Below, piece by piece: positions 9,178 through 20,035 of a DNA stretch of 32,000 nucleotides (its first letter is position 1; every line of letters begins with the position of its first letter). Position numbers and translations under genes: made by a program. The DNA comes from Candidatus Saccharimonadota bacterium. GTDB taxonomy: Bacteria; Patescibacteriota; Gracilibacteria; Absconditabacterales; Absconditicoccaceae. The stretch is taken from positions 1-32,000 of the forward strand of contig JAUIDC010000001.1 of assembly GCA_030429145.1 (NCBI GenBank), read 5' to 3'. Under the pieces are notes generated by a model. It did no database searches. It was not told where the DNA came from and saw only the letters and a program-made list of their open reading frames with translations.

Positions 9178-10668
9178 CTATGAGGCTATCGTTCCAAATA
9201 TCTTCAGCGGTTCAACTTCAATGATTTTTACCTTGATGAAATCTCCTAGTTTCACGTCTTTACCTTTGTGTGAGCCATCATTGATAACGACGTTTTTCAT
9301 ATTGTCTGCGTAGCCTGAGACAAACTTGTCGGTGACCTTATTGATCATCACCTCTCTGACGGTACCAAGTTCTTTTTGGTTATTTGCTAATGAGGTTTTT
9401 AGCAATAGCTCATTCATCCTCTGCCGACGCTCCTTTTTCACACTACGAGGAACATCATCTTTAAGCTTCTTCGCAGCAATAGTTCCAGGACGCGGTGAGT
9501 AGATACCCATATAGATCATATCAAAATCTGAGTATTCTATCATGTCCAGAGAGCCCTGAAAGTCTTCCTCTGTCTCACTACAAAATCCTATGATAATATC
9601 AGTAGTGATACTTATCGGACGCTTCAAAGCACGAATATTATCAACGAACTCCTTAAATTGGTCAACCGTATATCCTCTGAACATCGACTTCAAAATGGTG
9701 TCTGAACCCGACTGCATCGGCATATGGATATGCGGACAGAGTTTTTCTTCTGTCTCATGAAGCTCCAACAGTTCTTTCGGGAAGAACGTTGGGTACGGCG
9801 ACGTGTAGCGGAGCCGGCGCAGTCACTCTAACGATAAAATCTGACGAAGAATTTCGACAAATTCCGGATGCTTGTTAACAATCTGTCCGAGGAGTACTAT
9901 CTCCTCTACCCCTTGCGAGAGATGATATTTCACCTCTGTGACTATCTCCTCGACAGGTCTATTCTTTTCTAGTCCGCGCGAATACGGCACGATACAATAT
10001 GCGCAAAACTGATTACACCCAGTCGAGATCGGCACATACGCAGTCTTGGTATTTTCCTTGAAAAGCTGATTGGTTCCATGTGGAACGATCGACGAGTACT
10101 CATTGGTCAACTCGACATCGCCCTTCACCTCATAGCCCAATCTCTCGGCAAATTTCGGCAACAACCCCACATCATCTATCCTAAAAAATAATTCAACATT
10201 GGGAAATTTCATACTCACCTTGTGGAACAACGGATCGAATGCATAATTCACGAATGCATAATCCCCCGTCGGGCTATCAAATTTTTCATAGCCTTCTAGA
10301 TCATTTCTATCCAATCAGATAATGACCGGATCAGTCGATTTCACACCGCCGACAAAATTACCAAGCTTTAGAGCCTTCTGCTCTTTCTTGTCACGCTGTT
10401 TCACGATCTTTGCGGTCTTGAGATAATGCTGCACCATGCATCCGGTCATCCGCACTTTTTGTTCTGGCTTCACCTCGAGCAGTGCGCCAAAGACTTTGTC
10501 CTCTGATTTTTGTCTTACCGAGCAGGTATCATAGATCACAATATCAGCATCCTCAATTTTATCAACATATGAAAATCACGCATTGGTCAAAATCGCCTTG
10601 ATGCGCGCACTGTCAGAATAGTTCATCTGACATCCAAAAATAACTATATGGAACTTCTGATTTTTCAT
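9178..10668 (-). CDS. miaB: MiaB-family radical-SAM tRNA methylthiotransferase (496 aa)
   Basis: One frame joins ORFs 10315..10539, 9823..10314 and 9178..9768, plus an N-terminal MKNQKFHIVIFGCQMNYSDS. In-frame TGAs lie at 10576-78 (NA-G-FSY), 10315-17 (VII-G-LDR) and 9823-25 (SLE-G-LRRLRYTSPYP). It has the radical-SAM motif CNQFCAYC and a TRAM-like C-terminus. Exact subfamily (MiaB, MtaB or RimO) cannot be decided by eye. Confidence 0.85.
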
Positions 10669-10709
10669 GAAAGTCTACTATACTTATCTCTCTCCTGTTT
10701 TCAATCGAC

Positions 10710-10737
10710 AAAAAAAGCCGGGGGTATAATCCCGGCT
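10710..10737 (-). terminator. Rho-independent terminator after the 10756..11286 gene
   Basis: Stem AGCCGGG / CCCGGCT (10716-10722 / 10731-10737). On the minus strand it is followed by T7 (plus-strand A-run 10710-10716). Confidence 0.75.
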
Positions 10738-10755
10738 ACATAAATAAGTTACTCA

Positions 10756-11286
10756 TTACTTTTCTATTAATTCTTTCAATGCGTGCATAATCTCCTTCCG
10801 AGTCATCTGTACTTTTTGCATGTAGACAGGCAATATAAGACAGATAGCTGTTGCTATAGCAAGCACTATAAGTGTTGCGTTAACCAAGCGAGGTGGTAGC
10901 AGATAGGTTCCACCAAGGAAAGGAGCAACAACCAGTACAACCCCTATGGAGGCGACGATAAGATAGATCAATGGTATGATCCATCGAACGGTGAATGCAT
11001 GTTGCACCTCCCGGTGTTTGTACATTTTCGAAAGATATGAGTACATATCATTGAATTCATTAGGAGTAAATGTGTACTCCTTGTCCTTAAAAAAGGCCTT
11101 TACATGTTTCCTACATATTTCGGGGGTCAAATGGAATACACTCGTTCCCTTAGAACGATCTTCCTTTATTAAACGAAATATGGCCTTTTCTACCCCAATA
11201 TAGATATTTCTTGGAGAAGCTGGCAAGGAAATCTCTTCATCTTCTTGTAATGAGCGGGCAATCTGTTCAGACGTAGACATAAGCAT
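10756..11286 (-). CDS. Hypothetical membrane protein (about 176 aa)
   Basis: A soluble N-terminal part is followed by two TM helices (WIIPLIYLIVASIGVVLVVAPFL; ATLIVLAIATAICLILPVY). I placed the start at MLMSTSEQ (11284-11286). The ORF-track start at 11454 would consume the AT-rich divergent promoter region. Confidence 0.5.
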   Translation of the reverse strand: MLMSTSEQIARSLQEDEEISLPASPRNIYIGVEKAIFRLIKEDRSKGTSVFHLTPEICRKHVKAFFKDKEYTFTPNEFNDMYSYLSKMYKHREVQHAFTVRWIIPLIYLIVASIGVVLVVAPFLGGTYLLPPRLVNATLIVLAIATAICLILPVYMQKVQMTRKEIMHALKELIEK

Positions 11287-11385
11287 ATTTTTGGCATTTT
11301 TATTTGGTGGATGCGTATTATATTGTAGTTTTAGCAGTAAGTCAACAGAAAAACCACGTGAAAGGTTTATGTTTATTTGCATATT

Positions 11386-11414
11386 TTGGGCTTTGTCGTA
11401 TGTATATATATAAT
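11386..11414 (+). promoter_or_regulatory. Candidate sigma70-type promoter for the PKD-protein gene
   Basis: TTGGGC (11386-11391), a 17-nt spacer, then TATAAT (11409-11414), 39 nt upstream of ATG 11453. Pattern match only. Confidence 0.3.
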
Positions 11415-11452
11415 AGAGATAACCGTTTTTTATACATGTATGAACTTCACAC

Positions 11453-13882
11453 ATGACGGAAAATGAAAAAACAAATGCTGCAGGATCACCAGAGCAGAAT
11501 AATCAAAACAATCAGCCAGCTGAGAGCAGCAATGTGACCCCTGAAAAGCAACCTGAAACAGTTGCCCAGACACAAACACCGAAAAATAGCGTTGTTAAGC
11601 CCAATGCCGTACAGTCAGTCAGAAAAGGAAGAAAACTTTCTCCAAGACTGGTAGTACTTGGATGTATCGGGTTTATTACTATTTTCATACTGGGACTCTT
11701 TGGTGCACTCTATGTAGGTCTCCAAAATCCTGCAAGACTTGCTAACATCGGTATTGCACCGGCAGATGCGAAAAACCTTTTGATGATCATTGCTGGGGTG
11801 TTCTTCGGTGTGATCTTCCTGTTTGGTTTTGGATTTCTCGCTATCAATACCTATAGATTGATTAGAAATAAGGGATGAAATAAATTCAAATATCTTGCCG
11901 GGATGTTCTTTGGTTTCGTTCTTCTTGGTATCTCTGTTGGTCTTGGTGCCGTAGCTATTACAAAGGTACAAGAGATTGAGGTAGAGAGTTTTGCAAATAC
12001 TGACGAACTCGTTATCCCATATCTCCTGACAAGTGCTCGCTCCCCTGGTTCGACATTGCAGTATACCTATGCGAAAGCCGCTGGGATATATATGATAGCA
12101 CCTCTCGATATTGCCTACCAGGTCAATGAGGATATCGTCAATATCAAATATAGTGAAACTGCTGGTAACGTACCTCCTATTAGCATGGTGCTCGACTGTG
12201 GCAATGGCGACAGAAACAATCCAAGTCAAAAGGTAGAAGGAAAAGGATATATCAATGGCGATAACCCATTTTTCGATAGTTCATGTCTCTATACACAAAA
12301 GGGAACCTATACGCCAACTATTACCTTCACCTATAGAGATCCTGTGAGACAACAAAATCAATCATTTACGCTTGATGCAGGTACAGTGACGATCAACTCA
12401 CAGATGAATATCACGTCTGATGGGCAACCACTGAGTACAAATAGCACAAACTCTGAGCTTATCGTAGGTGATGCACCTGTCAGAGTACAGATCGATGCTA
12501 AAAACATCTTTTCTGAGCTTGGTATACCAGATAACAATATCATCTGGGATATGGAATCAGATGGGACACCTGACAAAGAAAACAAAGTAACATTTGGTTA
12601 TAACTACTATGATCCGCAGCTTTATACGGTATCATATAGATTCCCTACAGCCAATGAGAACCTCAGCAATCTTTGGTACCATATGTATCTCAGAGTCAAT
12701 CAGAGTGACACACCAAGATGTACTATCGTAGCAGAAAACAATGGTAATAGTTACGAGTTTAGCGCTGTATGGTCTGGCGGTGCCTCTGCTGCATCTGAGG
12801 TAAACAGCTACCGCTGGGAGATCTACAATATAGATACAGAAACAACTGTTCAGTCTATACCAACAAGAAGTGACCAGCTTGAATACACATTTAGAGAACA
12901 AGGAAACTACACAGCGAGACTTAACTTCTCAACTATAGATGATGCAAAGGGTATCTGTGAATCTGACGTCGTCAATGCAGGAGCTCCAACCTATGAGATT
13001 GGTTACTCTCTCTTCTATAAGAAGCCTGGACAGTCTTCGTACAATCCATTTCCAGCGACAGGACTTCTCGCTAAAGACGGAGACAAAGTCATTATCGATA
13101 GTCTTCCTATTGACCTACAAGTACGTGTCAATGAGATCAGACCGCAACCAGCATCTGCAACACTTACAATGAGACTTGATGATGCGTTCATGATAAAGAA
13201 ATCAGCAACAGTATTTGAAACAACAGTAAGTAAAAAAAACGACCATACTATCACCATCCGCGTACAGGACGAACAAGGAACGACAGTAGATAAAACCATT
13301 ACTGTTTCACTCAATCAGTCTGTCATCCAGTGAATACTCAAAGCAGATGTCTATGCTGGTACAGAACCTCTGACAGTAAATCTCGACGCATCTACTACCA
13401 CTCTCAATGATGAGGACGACGAGATTATCTACTTTACTTGGGATTTTGGTGATGGAGAGATAGCAAGAAATGTATCACAAGGAAGAATCTCACACATCTA
13501 TACATTTGACCAACAAAAACAGTCTGGTCAGTACAGACCAAAAGTCACTGTAACAACCAAGAAAGGATACCAGTCAACATTTGAGATAGATACGCCTATT
13601 TCAGTCACAAGAAAGGCATCAACTGTCACATTGAGACTACCGTCACACCCAACACAAGTTGCAGTAAGAAATACTGTCGTAGATATGGAGATGCTCTCAG
13701 ATGGTCCTATTAGCAGAATCAATTGGGATTTTGGTGACGGAAAGACCTTCTACTGTAATGATAGATCATGTGCAAATATCAAGCATACCTATACCTCTGC
13801 CGGAGAGTATACGATCAATGTAAGAGTAGAATACCAGGATCGTCCGTTTGCCGTAGATAGTATTAAGTTAAAAGTTGAGTAA
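11453..13882 (+). CDS. Large membrane-anchored surface protein with C-terminal PKD-like domains (809 aa)
   Basis: ORFs 11453..11878, 11903..13333 and 13631..13882 share one frame, joined by TGA at 11876-78 and 13331-33. The N-terminus is low-complexity, followed by three TM helices. The C-terminus carries two PKD signatures (FTWDFGDGEIA...HIYTF...GQYRPKVTVT; INWDFGDGKTF...HTYTSAGEYTINVRV). Confidence 0.8.
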
Positions 13883-13956
13883 AAAAACACATAGCATTTT
13901 ATACGATATTAAGTATGACTGACAGGCGATATTTATCATCTGTCAGTTTTTCTTTT

Positions 13957-15177
13957 ATGGATTATTCTATCAAACAGATTGCCGGGATACCTGTGCTTTT
14001 TGCACCAACAGACGGCAATTCTACAACTATTCAGATACTTGTAAAGGCAGGTTCTATCTATGAAAACAGAGAAAATAATGGTATCAGCCATTTTCTCGAA
14101 CACATGTTTTTTAAAGGTGGAAAAAAATACACAACACCTCATGATGTTGCGGCATACGTCGATACGTTTGGTGGCGAATTCAACGCATTTACTGCCGAAG
14201 AGTATGCATGATACTATGTCAAAGCTGCACCTGAACACGCTCCTAAAGCTCTCGATGTGTTAGCAGACATGATGGTGCATCCAGCATTTCCTAAAGATGA
14301 GATGGAAAGAGAAAAGTGAGTGGTTATACAAGAGCTTAAAATGTATGAAGACAGGCCCGACCGTCAAGCATTCAGTAAATTTAAGACATACATGTACGGA
14401 GACAACAGCTACGGTCGGGAGATCATAGGTACTGAGGACAACATACGCTGATTTACACAAGAAGATCTTTTTCAGCACAAAGAACAGCTCTATACAAAGG
14501 ACAATATGCTCATCGTCGTAGCGGGAAATATTTTGCAACAAGAGGTACTTGAATGAATGATTGAAGAGCTCTTCGACTCTCTTCCGACAAAAAAATCTGT
14601 CGAGAAGCCCGCTTTCGTACACCATCTCCCAGAAGAGAAAACTATGTCGTACAACAAAGGGACACAGCAGGCTCATGTGGTTATCGGTGCCTGGTGATAC
14701 GATAGTAGCAAACAGGAAAGATTTGCTGCGTCGCTCCTTGGTGTCATACTTGGTGGAAACATGTCATCAAGGCTCTTTCAAAACATCAGAGAGAAACTTG
14801 GTATGTGTTACTATATCTATGGCACGCACTATGCAAATACTGATGATGGGCTTTTTCTGATCAGAGCTGGCCTTGAAAAAGAAAGACTCGATGAATGACT
14901 GAGCGCTATTTATAAAGAGATTGAACAGATAGCCGCTGGCAATATCACAGAAAAAGAGTACGAAAAAGCTCAGTGATTTATGACGGGAAAGACACAAATG
15001 GGTATTGAGTCATCAGATGAATTAGCGGACTTTCTTGGTGCACAACAGCTACTAAAAGGGAAAATACAGACGCTCGATGCTATCCTTGAAGAGTACACAA
15101 AAGTAGGTATAGATGACCTCAAAAAGGTCGCACAAAATCTTGCAGACAACCGTCTCTACACCTATTATATCTCATAA
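13957..15177 (+). CDS. M16-family (pitrilysin/insulinase-like) zinc peptidase
   Basis: HFLEH zinc motif and NAFTAEE. Seven in-frame TGAs include EREK-G-VVIQELKMYED at 14317-19. RLFQNIREKLGMCYYIYG is present. I chose the start at MDYSIKQIAG because a hairpin (13918-13945) with a T-run lies upstream. Confidence 0.88.
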
Positions 15178-15237
15178 TAGAGCCTACACAAACTATATCA
15201 CAATTTTACAGAAATGTTATCAAAAAACGTCATAAAA

Positions 15238-15260
15238 ACCGCTTTATGCGGTCTTTTTTT
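15238..15260 (+). terminator. Rho-independent terminator after the M16 peptidase gene
   Basis: Stem ACCGC / GCGGT (15238-42 / 15248-52, extendable with A/T pairs) followed by CTTTTTTT. Confidence 0.6.
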
Positions 15261-15327
15261 CACCCTCATAGGATAGTCATTATACTAGAATAGAGGTATT
15301 TATCCCACAAATAAAAGCGTACAATTC

Positions 15328-16971
15328 ATGGAAAACATCAACATTTGGAATCTTATTGGATGACTTGGAATCTTCCTTTTCGGTATGATTGTTTTTGAGC
15401 AAACCATCGAAGAGATGGGAAAAAACAAACTCAAAAGAATTCTCGAAAAGAATACGAAAACTCGTTTCAAAAGTATCATGACTGGGATCATCCAAACATG
15501 TATTTTCCAAAGTAGTACGATAGTGACCATGATGACTCTCGGCTTTATTGGCGCAGGTGTTATTGGTCTTACCAATGCACTTGGAGTTGTCATCGGTGCA
15601 AATCTTGGAACAACACTCACTCCATGGATCATCTCTCTTCTTGGATTTAAGATGAATATCGGTGCTGTCGCGTTACCAATCATTGGTATAGGAGCACTCA
15701 GTATTATCATCTTCTCTGGATCTCCGAGGATAGTGTCGATAGGAAAATTTCTTGTTGGTTTTGGTTTCCTCTTCTTGGGACTAGGATATATGAAAGATAG
15801 TGTCGAGGTACTGGCTAACACGATTTCACTTGCAGAGTATACGCACCTTTCAGTTCGATGATTTGTGCTCATCGGTACAGTCATGACCACAATACTTCAG
15901 ACGAGTACTGGTGCAACCATTATTATCCTTACCGCTCTCAACTCGGGCATCATCTCTGTCGACATGGCTCTCGGTCTTGTGATCGGTGCAAATATGGGAT
16001 CGGCTATCACTACCACCCTCGTTGGATTTCTTTCGAGTACAAAAACACAAAATACAAAAAGGCAGGTTGCGTTCGGGCATTTCACTTTCAACGTCACGTT
16101 GATGGTGCTGGTAACTCTCATCTACCAACCATTTAAAGAACTACTCTATTTCTTGTTGGGCAATGACCCCGATCCCGTGATACTTCTAGCGTTATTTCAT
16201 ACACTCTACAATCTCCTCTTAACGCTTATTTGGGCTCCTCTACTCAAACCACTCATTCGTCTACTCCAATGGATGTTTCCACGCAAACAAACAGACCTTC
16301 ATCTCGCTATTGAGCATATCAACACTACTCTTCCTGAAGAGATCATTACCGCACTCCATAAGGATACGATGAGCTTTCTTGAAAGAATTATCTGGTACAA
16401 TCGTGCTTCACTCATGCTCGATGGAAGTGCGTACAGAAAGCGTTTTCAGATGTACGATGCGATCAAGCAGATGGAAGAAAAACTCCTAGAGTTTGCTATC
16501 TACTATACCAAATACGAGTACACACCACAGGAAGCTGCAACGATGCATATACTTCACGATGCGATTGTCGATGGCATCAGTAGTGCAAAGTATATCAAAG
16601 ATGTTTCTCATCACTTGGAGAACATCAAAGACAATAGTCTTGAAGAGGTAAGCGGAGAATCATATGCACTCTTTCAGGAGATGATCAAAGATACGACAGA
16701 AACTATCCTTGAGTGGCGCGCAGCAACACCAGCGCTAACTCCTGAAAGAGTCGAAGAGAATATTAAGGTTGCTCTTACCACCCTACATAGTGATAACGAT
16801 AGTTTCCTTGGCTCACTTTCTACGCACATGACGCAAGCACAAGACGATGAACTACATGTTGCAGAAATTATTAAATCAAATCGCTACGTACTCCTCTCGT
16901 GTGAAAATCTTCTTCACAGCTATGAAAAACGAGCAAAAAGTACACCTACTTTCAAAAAAGAAAATTCGTAA
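15328..16971 (+). CDS. Na+/phosphate cotransporter family protein (NptA-like, with a PhoU-like C-terminal region), 547 aa
   Basis: MENINIWNLIG-G-LGIFLFGM (TGA 15361-63) and a duplicated transporter core (QSSTIVTMMTLGF...GANLGTTLT / QTSTGATIIILTAL...GANMGSAITTT). A second TGA lies at 15859-61. The C-terminal half is helical. Confidence 0.85.
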
Positions 16972-17046
16972 GGGATTAACCTTGCATTGGGAAGACAGTT
17001 TCGTACCTTAAAAAAGTATGATTTGTCTTTTTGAATAATGTAAAAA

Positions 17047-17688
17047 GTGTTAAAAAAGAGAAGAAGTTTTACACTGATAGAGATGATGATCGTTATCGTA
17101 CTGCTGGGAATTATCGCAGCAGCTTTGGTACCAAGACTCGGATCTATCCAGGTAAGAGCGCGCAACGTACAGAGAAAAGCAGATATCAGAACCTTAGGAA
17201 ATGGTATCATGATCTACTATGGTAACCATGGAGATTTTCCTTTGCGTCTCTGACATCTCGTAAGTGGAGCAGTAGTAACCAGCATACCAAAGGATCCTTC
17301 AGCAGCGACCAATGAGGTCTGCTGAGCATATTTTTCAGACTTCAATAACATCTATCTCTCATCAGGATTTTACAACTCATCAAACTGCTCTTGAGATCCC
17401 ACAACATGTAGCACATTGCATAATGGCTATCTTTACGCACAGTCGCAGTCGCTCGACTACGCAACACTTTGAGCAAGGATGGAAAATGACGGTTCGATAA
17501 ACTCCTACGATAGCGCCATCCAATATACCGGTATCCAAAAGCTCTGTAACCGAGAGTGAGACCTTTCAAAATATGAAAACAATGCTTCTGGCGTACGAGA
17601 CATCTCTGTAGCAGACTTCCAACAGTGACTCGATGCCAGAGGGAAAGTCTACTTCAATTTCTTTCACAAAGGGAATTATCTTTACTAG
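17047..17688 (+). CDS. Type IV pilin / pseudopilin-like protein, paralogue A (213 aa)
   Basis: GTG start. Class III signal KKRRS-FTLIEMMIVIVLLGIIAAALVPRL..VRARNVQRKADI. Six in-frame TGAs. TAG stop at 17686-88. The C-terminal part is divergent but keeps TSIPKDP. Confidence 0.8.
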
Positions 17689-17702
17689 ATTGTCATTTAT
17701 GA

Positions 17703-18254
17703 ATGCCTAAACCTGTACATAGATCATTTACGTTGATAGAGATGCTTATTGTCATCGTGATAATAGGCATCTTGGCTGCAGCACTTGTGCCAAGATTGGC
17801 TTCCGTACAGGCAAGAGCAAGAGATAGCAAAAGGAAAACAGATATGAGGACGCTCTATAATGCGTTAGAGATCTACTATCTCGACAACAATGAATATCCT
17901 TCTGATAGAAACCCTGCAGATGTAGGTCAATATCAGCATAGCTATGACCCTCAACCTTGGATGCCAGCGCTTTCTGGTATCTTAACATCTATCCCCGTTG
18001 ACCCTATCAATAGTCATTCAGGCGTAGCATTGCATCCACGACGAACTGGATGATTTCATTATGAGTATCATCATCTTTGTGAAACATTCGCCACACATGA
18101 GCTTACAGCCAGACTCGAAAATACAAAGGACCCCGACAGAAACGCTGTACAGGACTACGCATATGACTGCAACACTAGATATTTCAGCATCGCAGTTTCT
18201 TCTTACTCTCCAAGCCAGGTCTATAACTTGTCTCCAAATGTGTCGAATCAGTAA
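17703..18254 (+). CDS. Type IV pilin / GspG-like pseudopilin, paralogue B (183 aa)
   Basis: MPKPVHRS-FTLIEMLIVIVIIGILAAALVPRLASVQARARDSKRKTDMRTLYNALEIYYLDNNEYP. TGA at 18051-53 (RRTG-G-FHYEY) continues to ...LTARLENTKDPDRN... and TAA at 18252-54. Confidence 0.88.
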
Positions 18255-18260
18255 AAATAC

Positions 18261-19598
18261 TTAGAATAGAGTCTGCTCTTGTTGAGCTGCATCCAGGTAC
18301 TTTTGACGTCTTCCCTTATGATTTTGAATTTTCATCGTAATACTTGCCAGCATCTTCGTCATCTCTGCATGTACCTTATGCACATCGGCTTCTGTCTGAA
18401 CTCACTCCACTAACATTCAAAGTTTCTCCTCTAGTGCCGCAAATGCATGCTTAAATCATAACGGTGTCTCAAAGATATCTTCTACCTCATCAGTAGAGTC
18501 AAACAGGTCTGCTGTTTTCTTTCCATCAATAATCTGACGACTAATAGTTCTAATCTTTTCATTAAATATCTTGTTCACTTCTATCTTCTGCATCCTTAGT
18601 TCACGTAATATTTTTGCATAAGCTTGCATGGCCAAAGAAACCGATCTCGCAGCTTCAAGATTCAAGCTATTACTTTTATCAAATTCTCACTTCTGCTTGA
18701 GCAGCTCAACATGTCCTGAAAAAAACTCCCAAAAAGTTTCAAACTTAAAAAATTGTCATTGTTGTGTTCCGTAGTTTCCTTTAAGAAAGAGCCAATCTAA
18801 TAGCTCATTCTCATGAAGATTACTAATATCTTCATTTTTCTTTCTCACAATACCTATCCAGTAGGCAACTTTCCTTAGATCTCCATTTGTATCTCCATTC
18901 ATCTCAAAGCTTTCTACTAACTCTGCAGTTTTCCCATTTGGATTGAGATACGAAAATGCGTCTATCTTTTTTGCATTTGCCTTTTCGTATTGACGTAATC
19001 TATCCTCATATTCTCACTTTGTTAACCTATCTAGATTTCTTAGTTCGCGGTAGAATATTGCTCTCTCCATATCGGTCTCGTGTGTGGCAAGATTATTAGA
19101 AGTCAAAGCAATAAATTTAGCCTGTTCGAAAGATATTCCTTCTGGGAGCAAAAGAGAAGGTATCGCATCAAATGACATATTGTGTTTCTTGCAGAATGCT
19201 ATGACCCTCTCGTCACTCTTCAATGGATCTGTTGAAAGTCTTTGAAATGCCTCAAATCTAGAATGTCATGATAGCACGAATAGTCTGTCATTTTTTGGAT
19301 TCCTCCACACTCTAATAGGGTCGAACATATGTATCAAAAATTCGTCTTTTAAGACTGCCTCTATAATACCATTTACACTTCCCTCACTATAAGCTTTTTT
19401 TCTATTTTGAAATGCTCTTGTATCAGTGTACACTTTATCAAGAGGCAACAAAGAAATTTTATATGACTTATTGATAATACTACCCTGTTGTAAGATATTG
19501 ATTGCATCACTTGAAGTTTCCTCTGACAAAATACCATTGAGGGATTTAGGCACAATGATGTTATCTTCTATCTTCATAGTTTCACATACTCTATTCAT
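18261..19598 (-). CDS. ParB/Srx-fold (ParB-like nuclease domain) protein with a long helical C-terminal region (445 aa)
   Basis: ORFs 19266..19598, 19014..19223 and 18456..18665 share one frame with six in-frame TGAs and a TAA stop at 18261-63. The N-terminus has a ParBc-type motif: FDPIRVWRNPKNDRLFVLS-G-HSRFEAFQRL (TGA 19266-68 supplies the G of GHxR). I recognised no HTH or partition-type box by eye. Confidence 0.65.
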
Positions 19599-19764
19599 TA
19601 CACAGTTTGATGGTTAACAAAATAATCGCTGTGTATCTATTTTTATTTTAGAATGAAAAGAGGGATTTTAATCAAAAAAAGATTATACATTATAATAATG
19701 TGATAATCTCATTTTAGGAAAATTAGTATATCGTTAACTTCTAGAAAAGTCAACATTGAAAACA

Positions 19765-20013
19765 CTAGAAGTGATGCCACTTTCTAGCTGTGATGTTTTT
19801 TTTGACCTGGTCTGGGTAGAGAATGACCATCATGATACCGTAGTAGAATGCAGTACCAAACATGATAATAATCCAGACGAGGAGAAGATTAGACTCATGA
19901 GCATAGAGTCCTGTGCCGTACCACTCCCAAGAAAGTAGTCCGAATGTATAGACGAGTGCTGCGATGAATCCGATAGTAAATGCTGATTGCATCATTTTTT
20001 GTAGTTTTTTCAT
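19765..20013 (-). CDS. Small membrane protein (82 aa, 2-3 TM)
   Basis: MKKLQKMMQSAFTIGFIAALVYTFGLLSWEWYGTG...LLLVWIIIMFGTAFYYGIMMVILY. TAG stop. It starts 22 nt downstream of the ATPase-S1 gene on the same strand. Confidence 0.55.
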   Translation of the reverse strand: MKKLQKMMQSAFTIGFIAALVYTFGLLSWEWYGTGLYAHESNLLLVWIIIMFGTAFYYGIMMVILYPDQVKKNITARKWHHF

Positions 20014-20035
20014 GGTAAGATATAGAAAATAAATA

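Noticed and set aside
11615-12229. Long antisense ORFs: 11615..12229 (204 aa), 15300..15890 (196 aa), 1657..1975, 21318..21763, 13015..13314 and 14260..14676.
   Set aside because: Each lies opposite a gene with strong family motifs. They have low-complexity or Cys/Ser-rich unnatural composition and no start or RBS context. They are shadow ORFs.
7007-15177. dnaG, miaB and the M16 peptidase (and likewise queA, tgt, trmB and ftsE) look pseudogenised, because each is fragmented into 2-8 short ORFs in the supplied track.
   Set aside because: Every break is a TGA. The fragments are in the same frame and conserved motifs continue across the breaks. This indicates a reassigned codon, not gene decay.
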